Shown one piece after another: positions 1-13,555 of a stretch of 64,000 bases of DNA; within the stretch, counting starts at the first letter, position 1; every line of letters begins with the position of its first letter. The notes below the pieces were generated by a model. That model searched no databases and had not been told where the DNA came from. It saw nothing but the letters and a program-made list of their open reading frames with translations. This DNA is from an uncultured delta proteobacterium (GTDB lineage: Bacteria; Myxococcota_A; Polyangia; Polyangiales; Polyangiaceae), in assembly GCA_963763745.1 (NCBI GenBank), contig CAVXQJ010000001.1:66431-130430 (forward strand), read 5' to 3'. The position numbers and the translations under genes were made by a program.

Positions 1-443
1 GTACGGGGATCAGGCGACGATTCACGTCGAGCGAGTAGCGCGAGTGCTGCCACGTCGATCCGCAGAGGTCCCATTCGAGCCCCGTGCGGCGCAGGTTCCA
101 CACGTCGAGCCCGATGACGCGTCGGTTCACCGCTCGCAAGAACGTCGCGTCGGTGCCCTCTCGCTTGAGCATCATGTACACGCCCGTGGCGTCGAGGAGA
201 ACGATGCGAGTCTGCACGCACTTCCGCGGCGAGCGTCGCGATGGATTCCTCGATGCGCGCGCCCCTCGGGACGGGAACGAAGCGGAACGGCCTTCCCTTG
301 ACGAGGATCTCGAGCGACTCGTGAGCGAACACGACGATCGCGTCGCCGCGCGCGTGGAGATCGTCGGCGACGCGCATGCCGAGCACGGTCTCTCCGAACG
401 GCGCGCTCTGCGGTGCGACGAAGAGGTGCGTGCGACCGCTCAC

Positions 444-1258
444 TCACTGTCCTCGTGCGGTCGTCGCTTGATCGGGAACGAGGACACCGTGCGTGACGAG
501 CGCCGACAGCGCCGCGCGGAGCCCGCGCGGCGTACCGATGTCGAGGAAGCGACCCGAGGCGAACATCGTCGCGCGCACGTCGAGGCCCGCGGCGCGCGCC
601 GCTTCGAACGCGTGACCGAGCGCGCTCCTCGGAGCCTGTCGCGCGCTTCGCGTCCCAATCGCAGCAGAACGCCGTGAAGCGCGGCGTGACCAGCTCGCGA
701 CGCCCCACGTGTTCTTCTGCGGAGCGCGCGCGGGCTTGTCGTGGATGCGGACGATCGCGCCGGCGGCGTCGAGCTCGACGGGGCCGAGGCGTTCGGCTTC
801 GTCGGTCGGAAAAACGCCGAGCATCACGTCCGCGCCCGACGCGACGCGCTCTTCGTGAACGCGCGCGAGAGCGTCACTGGGCAAGAAGATCGTGTCCGGC
901 ATCGCGAAGACGACGTCGTCGTCCTCGAGCCACGGCCTCGCGCATCGGAGCGCGTGCGGAATGCCTCCGGGCTCGGGCTGCACGACGTACGCGAGAGCCA
1001 TTCCGTTTTCGGTCGCGCCGAGGACGCGCGCGACCTCGAGCTTCTCCGGCGAGATCACCGGTGACGCAGCGATCGGCGCCTGTCGTTTTGGATCGCTTGA
1101 AGCGCGAGCTTGCAGATCGGTCGCGGCTCGAGCTCGGCGCCTTCCGTTGTGGTCTCGAACAGCAAAGGAAAAAGCTCCTTCGCATAACCGGAGGCGCCGA
1201 AGCGTACGCCTCGCCCGGCCGCTGGTAAGAACCCGACCGGTTTCCGTGAGACGCTCAC
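444..1258 (-). CDS. Sugar-phosphate nucleotidyltransferase (NDP-sugar pyrophosphorylase family); interrupted by a frameshift near 1055-1080
   Basis: N-terminal fragment (ORF 1055..1258) MSVSRKPVGFLPAAGRGVRFG matches the G-x-G-x-R-x-G nucleotide-binding start of NTP_transferase enzymes. C-terminal part (ORF 444..1649 frame) has GMALAYVVQPEPGGIPHAL...DDVVFAMPDTIF typical of the same fold. The two pieces are in different frames. Confidence 0.6.
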
Positions 1259-1270
1259 GAATCCACACTA

Positions 1271-1809
1271 GCATGCGCACTCGCGTGGGCGACGTCTTCA
1301 TCAAGTTCCGGTACGAGGAACGCGACATCGCGAACGCGTTTCGCGCGCGCATGATCGCGACGTTTCGCAAGAGGCTCGAGGTCACGCTCGCCGCGGTCGT
1401 GTGCATCGCGGGCGGCATCCTGAGCTTTAGGTACGCGCCCATTCTCGTCGTCTCGCTCGCCGTGGCGATTGTCGCGCTCGTCATCGCGACGCTCGTGGTC
1501 GTGCCCAAGCTCGCGTTTCGACGACGCGCGAGCTTTCGCGTGCCGATGACGATCGACGCGTCGGACGACGGCATCACGGTGATCGCGGGCGCGAGCGCTC
1601 GCACGATCGCGTGGGCCGATTGCGCGCGCGTCGACGTCGATCGGCGCATGTGCGTGGTCCATCACGGAGACGAAATTCTGCTCGTCCCGCGCCGCGCGTT
1701 CCGCAACGCAGGGCGCGAGAAGGCGTTTTTGGATCTCGTGGATCGCTACGCGAGCCGCGACAAGCGACGCTTCGAGTCGGGAAAATCCACGCCAAGCGCG
1801 AACCAATAG
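1271..1809 (+). CDS. YcxB-like small membrane protein (two TM helices plus bPH-like C-terminal region), hypothetical
   Basis: ATG at 1271 (MRTRVGDVFIKF...) inside longer ORF 892..1809. Hydrophobic pair AAVVCIAGGILSF / LVVSLAVAIVALVIATLVVV followed by a soluble domain. Coding-like, unlike the arginine-rich N-terminal extension of the raw ORF. Confidence 0.45.
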
Positions 1810-2640
1810 ACCACGCCGAAAATCGCGGCGGCGATCGCGCCGGCGAGGTTGAACTGCGGCGTCGGCGCGGGGAAGCTCGATCCGAGCGCCGTGATGAGCG
1901 CGCCGACGATCACCTGAAGGAGCGCCACCCACTGATAGAGGCGAAGGCGCGCGATGATCGGCGTCTGCGGCTCGCCGCGATACGACTCTTCGCAGAAGCG
2001 ACCGAGGCCGTTCAAGATCAGATACACGCCGCCGATGAGATGTAGCGCTACGTGCAAGCTCCAGAGCCGCGCGACGACGACCAGCGTCACGACGTTCCAC
2101 AAGATCGAATAGAGCTGCGTCGCGTGGATGCGGGACGTCGTCCAGGTGCGCGAGTCGCACGACGCGCGAGCGCGGGTGGTGATAACGGATGCCGACGGCC
2201 TCCGAGGTTTCGCTGCCATGACAGCATCCCTGAACGAGGCAGCGAATCCGCCCCATGGCCTGGATGTACGGCCCGGCGACCGACGACGGCGCCGAGGAGC
2301 AACCAGATGGGCGTTCCGAGCCACGGCGCGATCGAACGCGGCCGCGCAGATGCCGAGGAGCCCGCCATAGAAACCGTACGGCCGCGAGAGCGCCGCGGAG
2401 CCTTCGATCGTTTGCGCCCAAAGCCCGGCGCCGATCAAGCCGCCGAGCGCGCCAAAGCGCGAGCGTCGCCGAAGTGTCCGGGACCGACGAGCGTGCCGAT
2501 GATGAGGATGCCGCCGCCGCTCGCGAGCAGCTGCCCAGATGCCGTGGTTGATGATGCGCACGGGACCGATTCGCGTCTCGTGCCACGAGTTCGCGATGCG
2601 CTCGGTGAGCGCGCGCAGCGCGCGCCACAGCGTGCCCGCG
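1746..2640 (-). CDS. lgt: Prolipoprotein diacylglyceryl transferase Lgt, frameshifted (at least two frame changes); 5' boundary approximate
   Basis: C-terminal region HATQLYSILWNVVTLVVVARLW...ILNGLGRFCEESYRGEP matches the Lgt HP(S/T)QLYE signature and C-terminal helices. The adjacent frame carries GRIRCLVQGCCHGSETSEAVGIRYHHPRSRV, resembling the Lgt GRIGNFINGELWG...PWG loop. An N-terminal IGPV-like motif lies further upstream in the first frame. Confidence 0.65.
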
Positions 2641-2649
2641 TTCGCCACG

Positions 2650-3316
2650 ATGGCGTACGCGAGACGCTCGCGAGCGATTCCCGCGATGCCTGGTCTCCGG
2701 CGCGAGATCCCGCGGCCACGGCGAGCGCGAGCGCGGGACCGAGCCACGACGAACGCGGCGCTCGCGACCGTCCACGCTCGGCGCGCGAGCGAGCGCGGCC
2801 GATCGCGAGCAGCGACGGCGTCGATCGACGGAACGAGCGCGTGAGAGCGGAATGACGAGCGGCATCGCGAGCAGCGAGCGCGAGCACGACGCGCGCAGAT
2901 CGCGCGGTGCGCGCACGACAGAACGGCGCGAGCGAGCGCGAGGCCGACGGCGCCAGCGTCTTCGGCGTGAAGCGTCGGCGCGCTGAGAGCGAGCCACGGA
3001 ACGAAGCGCGAACACGAGCGCCGAGATGCGCCGCGCGAACGACGGCGCAGATCGTCGCTCGCGGGAGGAAGGCCGAAGCCAGCGGCGCGCCGCGCGCCGA
3101 GCCGAAACGCTGCGTCGAGATCGTGACGCTCGTAACCGAGGACGAGCGCGATCGCGCCGAGCACGACCGCGGGTGAGACGAGCCAGAGGCCGCTCGCGGA
3201 GCCCGTCGCGATCGACACGCCGAAGCAGATCGCGCCGAAGCCCGACGTAGATCGGGTGCGCGAACGAGCGCGTAGACGCCACGCGTGACGAGGCGCGGCG
3301 GCGGGAACGCGTTCAT
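2650..3316 (-). CDS. Possible hypothetical membrane protein (very uncertain; frames unclear)
   Basis: Minus-strand frames between lgt and the next gene contain hydrophobic stretches (FGAICFGVSIATGSASGLWLVSPAVVLGAIALVLGY; FVPWLALSAPTL) but no recognisable domain. High GC makes all six frames open. Confidence 0.15.
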
Positions 3317-3331
3317 CGGGAGGCCGCCGCC

Positions 3332-4020
3332 CTAGCGCGAGAGCGCGAACCAACCCGCGAGCATGAGGAGCGCGCCCGCGCTCGCGAGGCCGATGCCCAA
3401 CGCGGGCGAGTGCCACGCGGGCGCGAGGACGACGGATTCCGTGCTGCGCGCCCAGAGAACGAGCAGCGCGGGGAGCACGGCGACGAAGAGGAGGCCGTAG
3501 AGGAGCTTGCCGAGCGCGTGACTCTTCGCGCGCGCGGGCTCTTGCTCGGGCCAGCGCACGACTTCGTGGATCACCCAGCCTTCGTCGCGGCCCTTCTCGT
3601 CTTCGAGCGTTCCGCGCGCGCACCACTTGTGCTCGTCGACCGCGAGGATGCGAATCGGAAAACGATCGAGACCCGGAACGCGCGCGAGCGCTGTCTTGCC
3701 GATCGCGCCGCTGCGAAGCGAGCCGCCGTCTTCGATCGCGAGTCGCACGTCGCCGCGCGCGCTAACGACGCCGTGATCGTCGATCGTGGCCTCGCCGATG
3801 TCCGCGCCGTCGAGCAGCACGAGTTGCTTCTTGTGACGCGCCGCGCCAGTCGACCCAGACGAGCGCGCTTCGCTCGCCGACGAAGCGTCCCCATCTGAGC
3901 TCGTCGATCGGCATTTGCCATGGCTCGACGGACAGCGTGAGGTGCTCGGCATAACCGAAGCCTCGAACGACGCGATCGCCGAGCGTGATCTCCGCGCGCG
4001 CGCGCGGCATCGATAGCATC
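3332..4020 (-). CDS. Hypothetical protein with C-terminal double TM segment; one apparent frameshift near 3850
   Basis: Two minus-strand frames join to give MLSMPRARAEITLGDRVVRGFGYAEHLTLSVEPWQMPIDELRWGRFVGERSALVWVDW... then ...LVLLDGADIGEATIDDHGVVSARGDVRLAIEDGG...WVIHEVVRWPEQEP, followed by hydrophobic LLYGLLFVAVLPALLVLW / LGIGLASAGALLMLAGWFAL. Composition is protein-like; no family recognised. Confidence 0.35.
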
Positions 4021-4374
4021 GCCACTCCACTTCGCCTTCGGGCGATTCGAAAATCGTCGGCGGTCGCCGGCGGCGCGAGCGACGGTCCATCGCCGCCGAA
4101 ACTCCGAGCGCCGGCGAGACCACGAGAGCGCGTCGCCGTCGAGCTCGGGCTCGGTCGACGCGCGCATCGACGTCTCGGTGCGCGCCTCTTCGCCCGGCGC
4201 GCGCACGAGGACGCTCGCGTAGTGGAGCGTGATCGCGTCGCCAGCGCAGCTGCGCCGCATACGCGATGATCACCTCCCCGTCGTCCGCTGACGCAGTCCA
4301 TGTACCACTTCGACAGCAGGAACGCGCCCATGCGGGAATGGCGATCTTCAGCGAAGAGCGCTTCCTTGACAACG

Positions 4375-5021
4375 ATGCGATCGGTCGGTCTGTTTGATCC
4401 CGTGACCGCAACCGCGATTTTGGCGGCGGAGGACGTGCACAAGAGCTACGGGCGAAGGCACGTTCTGCGCGGCGCGAGCTTCGAAGCGAATGCGGGAGAG
4501 CTCGTCGCGATTCTCGGCGAGAACGGCTCTGGCAAGAGCACGCTCCTGCGCATCCTTGCCGGCATGCGACGATCTCGATCGCGGGCGCGCCACATGCCGC
4601 GGTCGCGTCGGGTACTGCCCGCAGGAGCAAGTGCTCTATCCGTATCTGACGATCGACGAGCACCTCGAGCTCTTCGCGTGCGCGTACGGTCTCTCGCCCG
4701 AGGTCGCGCGCGCGAGCGGCGATCGCCTCGCCGAGCGCTTCCATTTCGCGCGCCACCTCCGTCAACCCGTCGAGCAGCTCAGCGGTGGGACGAAGCAGAA
4801 GCTCAACCTCGCGCTCGCGCTGCTTCACGATCCTGCGGTCGTGCTGCTCGACGAGCCGTACGCGGGTTTGGACATCGAGTCGTATCGCGAGTTCGTGAAG
4901 TGGGCCGACGAGGCGAAGCGCGAAGGGCAGCTGCATCGTGATCATCACGCACCTCGTCCTCGAGGAAGAGCGCTTCGACTCGATCTTCCACCTGCGCGAC
5001 GGGACGATTCACCATGCGTGA
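4375..5021 (+). CDS. ABC transporter ATP-binding protein (ABC-2 exporter type); frameshifted in mid-gene
   Basis: Walker A GENGSGKST at the N-terminus. ABC signature LSGGTKQKL, Walker B VVLLDEPYAGLD and H-loop IITH in the adjacent frame. The reading frame shifts around 4560-4620. Confidence 0.8.
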
Positions 5022-5800
5022 GCGCGCGCGTCGCGTCGGCACGGCCGCGCGGCTGTTGCTCAAGGATCTGCTTGCGCCGGCGCATCGCGCTCATCTTGCT
5101 GTTCGTCGTGCCCGCGCTGTTCGACGCGGTCGTGCTCGCGACGACGTCGTCGCGCGACATCGACGTCACCGTGGGCTCGCTCGCCGAGGACGCCCTCGAA
5201 AAAACCTCGGTGCCCGCGCTCGACAAGTTCGCAGTCATGTTCGTCGACGACGGAACGCGCACGCTCGACGAGCGCCGCTTGTCGCTCGTCTTCCTCGGCA
5301 CCGCAGCCGTCTCTTTTCTCGCGTGCTTTCTCGCGTTCAACCTCGTGCACAAGCGACGCGACGTCGATGCGCGCCTCGTCCACGCGGGGTATCGCGCGCA
5401 CGAAGTCCTCTTGGCGAAGCTCATCGTGCTCCTCGTCATGGTTTCGCTCCTCGCGACCTACGAGACGGCGATCTTGTGGCCGTGGCTCAGACCGCACCAA
5501 GTCGCGCTCGTCGTCCTTGGGCTCTTCTTCGGCGGTCTCATCTACGGATGTCTGGGGATGCTCGTCGGCGCGATCGTGAAGGGCGAGCTCGAAGGCATCT
5601 TCGGCATCGTGCTCTTGACGAACATCGACGCGGGCTGGCTTCAAAACCCGATCTATTACGCGCATAGCCAGCGGCGCGAGCTGATCCGCGCGCTACCCGG
5701 TTATGGTCCCGCGCAGCTCGCGGTCGTCGGCGCGTTCACCGACGAGACGCCTCGTGGAGCGCTCTCGCGCGCGGTGATCTGGGCGGCCTGCTGCGCTCGT
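5014..5800 (+). CDS. ABC-2 family transporter permease (partner of the preceding ATPase); frameshifted near 5085, 3' end approximate
   Basis: ATG overlaps the ATPase stop (ATGCGTGA). Six hydrophobic segments follow (ALILLFVVPALFDAVVLA; LVFLGTAAVSFLACFLAF; LAKLIVLLVMVSLLATY; VALVVLGLFFGGLIYGCLGMLVGAIV; FGIVLLTNI) in the layout typical of ABC-2 permeases. Confidence 0.6.
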
Positions 5801-5822
5801 CGTCGCGCTCATCGCGTTCGGC

Positions 5823-6487
5823 ATGCGCATCCGGCCGCTCAAAGGGCGGAGCGAAAAGTGGCATTACGCGAAGGTGCTCTTCATCGCGTACGCGATTTGG
5901 TTCGCGTCGTTCGAGATCGTCGGGCCGCTACGCCGCGACGCTCCACACCGTGGATCTCTCGAGCGCGTGGGATCGCGCGACGCCGGTCATACCCGCGTTC
6001 GTTTGGCCTTACGAGGCGTGTTACGTGCTCCCGCTCTTTTCGCTCGTCGTGATGAAGGATTGGAATCGCTTCAACATCGCGCTCGTCGCGTTCGTCGTCG
6101 CGAACCTCACGGCGTTCGTCGTCTACTTGAGCGTGCCCATCGCGTATGCGCGCCCCGAGCTCGGGTCGAGCCTCGCCGAGCGAGTCCTTGTCGATGGAGT
6201 ACGCGGCGGATTTCCATCCCGGAGCCAACAAGCTGCCGAGCATGCACGTCGCAATGAGCTGGATCATGCTCTGCGCGATGTGGCGCCAGTCGAAGCGTCG
6301 CATCGTCGACCTCGGGCTCGCCGCGCTCGTCGTGCTCATCTCGGTCGCGGCCGTCTTCGTGAAGCAGCACTTGATCATCGACGTCGCCGTCGGCGTGCCG
6401 TGGGGGCTCGCGTCGTATTGGCTCGCGAAGCGAATCTACGATTGGCGGATCAACGCAGGACTGACTGGAACGGATCGAGTCTTGTGA
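5823..6487 (+). CDS. PAP2-family (type 2 phosphatidic acid phosphatase-like) membrane phosphatase; two frameshifts
   Basis: Three consecutive plus-strand ORF fragments (5823.., 5950.., 6146..) each carry TM helices. The last contains PSMHVAMSW and KQHLIIDVAVG, matching PAP2 motifs 2 and 3 (PSGH; SRxxxxxHxxxD). Confidence 0.65.
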
Positions 6488-6685
6488 GGCCGTGGCTTTC
6501 GACAGGCAGCAGCGAGACTGCGCGGCCGGGCCGCAGTTGGACCTTCGCCAGTCGACTTTGGCGGCCAAAGCCTGGCGTCCTCGAAGTCTGGTGAATGTCC
6601 TGCGCCGGCCTCGCCGGTTCTTCACGCTGCCGCACGTTGACGTCCGAGCTTGGACGAGACAATCAGTTCGAGTGATCTTCGGAGC

Positions 6686-9992
<3,307 letters not shown>

Positions 9993-10003
9993 AATCAGAA
10001 GAA

Positions 10004-10066
10004 ATTGACAGGGAGAGGGGGAGGTTGGGAGAAAGTTTTTTTTAGAAAAATCTCCCATTCTCCCTC
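10004..10066 (+). terminator. GC-rich/poly-purine element with T8 run between dnaK and the next gene (possible terminator or other structured element)
   Basis: gggagagggggaggttgggagaaagTTTTTTTTagaaaaatctcccattctccctcgctccc. GGGAGA/TCTCCC form a short inverted repeat around an unusual (for 70% GC DNA) T8/A5 tract. Confidence 0.2.
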
Positions 10067-10090
10067 GCTCCCTGTTCACTTCTTCTTCTG

Positions 10091-11131
10091 GTGGTTCGAA
10101 AAGTCGTAGTCGTCGCCAATGTGGTGGCGGTCGCTGGGTTCGCGGCGATCCTTGCGCATGGTGGCGTCACGCCGAAGCTGTATGGGTGGGATCTCGAGAT
10201 CGTGCGCGCGGGATCGCGCGCGATCTTCGCGGGGGCGGATCCGTATGCGCAATTGTTCGCGGATGATCACGCGGCGCTCGCGCGGTTTCCGTTTGCGTAT
10301 CCGCCCATCGTCGCAGTGGACGTCGCGCCGCTCGTCGCGCTTCCGAATCTCGTCGCGCTCGCGCTCCTCTGCGCGTTCGGCGCGGTGGTGCTCGCGCTCT
10401 CGGCGAAGAAGCGCGCGCTCTGGGTGACGGCGACGTTCCCCGGGCTCGCCGCGATGTTCGCTGGGCAGCTCGTGTGGATCGCGATCGCGGTGTTCGCGGG
10501 GGCGCATGCGCTCTTGAAGCGCGATCGTGCGTTCGCCGCGGGTCTCGCTTGTTCGCTCCTCGCGTTCAAACCGACGCTGCTCGTGCTCGTGCCGTTCGCG
10601 CTCCTCGTGATGCCGTCGCGCGTTCGCTCGCTCGGAGGTCTGCTCGCGGGTCTCGCCGCGCAAATCGCGCTGTGCTTCGCGATCGCACCGGGCGCGCTGC
10701 GCGCGTATCCGCGCGCGGCGTCCGACTTCTCGAAGTACGTCGCCGAGCATCCCGGTCTCTTCGACAGCGTCACGTGGCGCTCCACGTTCTCGAGCGACGC
10801 GCTCGGCGCGATCGCGATCGCAGCGTGCGGCATCACGGCGTGCGCGTGGATGTGGCGCGAGCGGCGCGATCTCGACGTGGTGATGTCGACGTGCGTGATG
10901 GGAACGCTCGCGTGCGCATGGCACTGTCTGCCGTACGACTACGCGCTCCTCGTTTTGCCGTTCGTGTGGCTCGAACTGCGCGCGCCGCGCGTTGCCGCCG
11001 CGCTCGCTGCGTCGTCGTGGCTCGTCCTCTTGCCGAAGAGCGCACACTACGTCGTCCTCGCGCTCTATCCCGTCGCGCTCGTCGTTCTCGGCGTTTGGAT
11101 GATGCGCCGCGTGGTAGCGTCGAGGCGATGA
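10091..11131 (+). CDS. Integral membrane glycosyltransferase-like protein, DUF2029/GT87 family (GT-C fold)
   Basis: Multi-pass membrane protein containing the PFAYPP motif (ARFPFAYPPIVAV) characteristic of DUF2029/GT87 mannosyltransferase-like proteins; about ten hydrophobic helices. Confidence 0.55.
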   Translation: MVRKVVVVANVVAVAGFAAILAHGGVTPKLYGWDLEIVRAGSRAIFAGADPYAQLFADDHAALARFPFAYPPIVAVDVAPLVALPNLVALALLCAFGAVVLALSAKKRALWVTATFPGLAAMFAGQLVWIAIAVFAGAHALLKRDRAFAAGLACSLLAFKPTLLVLVPFALLVMPSRVRSLGGLLAGLAAQIALCFAIAPGALRAYPRAASDFSKYVAEHPGLFDSVTWRSTFSSDALGAIAIAACGITACAWMWRERRDLDVVMSTCVMGTLACAWHCLPYDYALLVLPFVWLELRAPRVAAALAASSWLVLLPKSAHYVVLALYPVALVVLGVWMMRRVVASRR

Positions 11132-12679
11132 CGGACGCGCGTCCGCTCAAGTGGGGTTTCATCGCGAGCGCGGCGGTGGCTGCGTGCGTGATCCTCATCG
11201 CGCCATGGCGCCTCTTGCCAACGGACGCGTGGCTCGCGCTCGTGTGCGGCCGCGAAATCGCGCATCACGGTCTCCCACACGTCGACACGCTCGGTGTCGT
11301 GACGGCGGGTCACGTGTGGACGGATCAGCAGTGGCTCGGCCAGCTCTTCGTCTACGAAGTGGAGCACGCGTTCGGGCTTCGCAGCGCGCTCGTCGTGTAT
11401 GCGATCGTCACGGCGTGCGCGTTCGGAATTTGCGCGCGCTATGCGCTCGCGCGCGGCGCGACTCCCGCGGCGACGCTCGTGTGCAGCATCGCGGGCTTCG
11501 GTCTCGGCGCGACGTTCTTCACGCTGCGCCCGCAAATGTTTTCCATTCTCGGCTTCGCGATTCTGCTCGAGCTCCTCGGTCGTGACGTGCGCGAGCCATC
11601 TTCTCGACGGGGGCTCGGCCCCCGAGCCCCCGAAGAAGGCTCGGCCCGCTCCGCTTCGCTCCTCGGTCCTCGACGCGTCTGGTGGGTCCTTCCCGTTCTC
11701 GCGATTTCGGGCGAACCTCCATGGCGTCGTCGTCGTCGGCGCGATGCTCGTCGGCTTGCGCGCGCTCTTCGACGTATTCCAGAAACGCTTCGTGCGCGGC
11801 ATCGCGCTCGGTGGGCTCGCCGCGCTCACGCCGTTCGCGACGCCGTACGCGCTCGAGCTCCCGCGCTACTTCCGCGAGATCGGTCACCTCCAAGATCCCG
11901 TGCGCCAGCTCCCGATCTTCGAGTGGAACCGCGTCGAGTTCCCGTCGGATTGGCCGTTCTTCTCCATCTTCGCTGCGATGCTCGTGCTCCTCGTCGTCGT
12001 GTACTGGAAGAAGTTGGGAACGCGCGGCCAGGACCGCGCTTCCCAGCAAGAGTCGCTGAACCGTGCCGGCGGCACGCTTCAGCTCGCGCGTCCCGTGCCG
12101 TTCGAGACGGTGGTGATCGCGATCATGGGGCTCGCGGCGTGGCAGGCGAGCCGGCACTTGCAGTGGTTCGGTCTCGCGGTTGCCGCGTACGCACCTGTCG
12201 CGCTCGATGCGCTCCCGCCGGTGCGCGAAGGACACGTCCTCGCGCGCGTCGCGTCGCTCGCGCGTATCGTCGCGCCGATCGCGTTCCTAGGTCTCGTCGT
12301 GCGTCTCTATGCGATGAAAGACACGACGCTCCAGCGCGAATATCCGCTCGCGGTGCTTCCGGTGATTTCGCGCGCGATGGCCGAGCACCCCGAGACACAC
12401 GTTGCGGCGAGCGACCTCTACGCCGACTGGCTCCTCTGGTACGCGCCCGAAGTCGCAGGACGCATCGAGTGGGACGTGCGCTTCGAGCTCCTCGACGACG
12501 CGCAAGCGCGCGCGATGGGAATTTTTCTCTACACGCGCCCCGGCTGGGAGTCGCTCTATCCCGATGCGCGCATCGTCCTCGTGGCGCACAAGGCGCACAA
12601 GACGCTCAACGAGCACCTCGCTGCGTCGCACGCGCAAGTCTTATGGGAGAACGACTTCGCGCGCCTCTATTTGCGGTAG
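11128..12679 (+). CDS. Large polytopic membrane protein (possible second GT-C-type glycosyltransferase/accessory protein), frameshift around 11580-11700
   Basis: ATG overlaps the previous stop (ATGA). N-terminal half has TM helices (ORF 10474 frame from 11128). C-terminal half continues in ORF 11399..12679 with further helices and a soluble C-terminal domain. No specific family recognised. Confidence 0.45.
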
Positions 12680-12749
12680 CAGCGCTTCGTGGCGCGATTT
12701 TGTCAGCCGATGCACCTCCGCGAGCGTCGGTGTATGGTGAGCCCTTCAC

Positions 12750-12823
12750 GCGCCACTAGCTCAGTTGGATAGAGCGACGGCCTCCGGAGCCGTAGGTCAG
12801 AGGTTCGAATCCTCTGTGGCGCG
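12750..12823 (+). tRNA. tRNA-Arg (anticodon CCG)
   Basis: Cloverleaf: acceptor GCGCCAC/GTGGCGC, D-arm TAGCTCAGTTGGATAGAGC, anticodon stem ACGGC/GCCGT with loop CTCCGGA (anticodon CCG), T-arm CAGAGGTTCGAATCCTCTG, discriminator G. Followed by CCC (CCA not encoded). Confidence 0.9.
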
Positions 12824-12929
12824 CCCCGAAAAACACCGGCGATCCGTGATCTGCGAAATCGGCGTGGCAGTTTCGTGGAAGTTGCACAGAGCTTGCTGCA
12901 AGCGCTCGCAGAGGCGTGGACGAGGATCT

Positions 12930-13547
12930 TCAGCGCAAACCGAGAACGTTCCAAGCGAACACTGCGCCACGTTGGTGTATGGGATGGATGAGACCGTCGA
13001 ACGCGGCGACCTCTCTCGCTCCGAGTTGAACGACGCGATTCGCGAGCAATTCGAACGCGTCGATGACGAGAGCCATCGGAAAATCGACGAAGTCCCAAGC
13101 GTAGATCAGGATCGCTCGTTTCTTCGCAGTCGTGAACGACACGATCTTCGAACAGTCAGTAAGGGCGCTGTGTTGGCTCGGGTGCCCATGGCCTCCAGTG
13201 TACGGCGAGAGGATCTTGCTCACGTCGTCGCGACCAATTGCCGGCTGACCGTTGTCGCCGAGCATACGAAGCGCCTTGACCTCGATCGCCCACTCGATCG
13301 TCGGATCTCCAAAGCAGAGATCGCAATCACGATCGCCACTCGGATACGCGACCTCGAATCGATGCTTCGCGTACGTCGCATCCGTGTGAGCCATCTCCTT
13401 AATAACCAACCGAATGAGGTCCTTCTCGTCATGCGGTCCAAGCCCTGGCTGCCATCGCTTCGAGCGCGGCCGAGCGGCATCGGCTCGAACCATAGCGGCG
13501 GCAAAGTCTCGGACGATGCTTCCGAGTTCGATCGTCATGCTCATTCC
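12930..13547 (-). CDS. Hypothetical protein with PD-(D/E)xK nuclease-like motif, translationally coupled to the giant helicase-nuclease gene
   Basis: ATG 13547 preceded by GGAG, 9 nt after the upstream stop. Sequence ...YPSGDRDCDLCFGDPTIEWAIEVKALR has the D...(D/E)-x-K arrangement of restriction-endonuclease-like folds. Lower GC than the flanking chromosome. Confidence 0.5.
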   Translation of the reverse strand, partial: GMSMTIELGSIVRDFAAAMVRADAARPRSKRWQPGLGPHDEKDLIRLVIKEMAHTDATYAKHRFEVAYPSGDRDCDLCFGDPTIEWAIEVKALRMLGDNGQPAIGRDDVSKILSPYTGGHGHPSQHSALTDCSKIVSFTTAKKRAILIYAWDFVDFPMALVIDAFELLANRVVQLGAREVAAFDGLIHPIHQRGAVFAWNVLGLR

Positions 13548-13555
13548 TGCTCCAA

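Noticed and set aside
1255-3282. 675-aa minus-strand ORF (and overlapping 626-aa ORF 1746..3626) as single large proteins
   Set aside because: Arg/Ala-rich low-complexity translation typical of out-of-frame high-GC DNA. Only segments matching Lgt are credible, and those are split between the frames.
10474-12759. 761-aa plus-strand ORF
   Set aside because: Mostly an alternative frame over the GT87-like gene with poly-Arg composition. Only 11128-11600 in this frame is believable, as the N-terminus of the second membrane protein.
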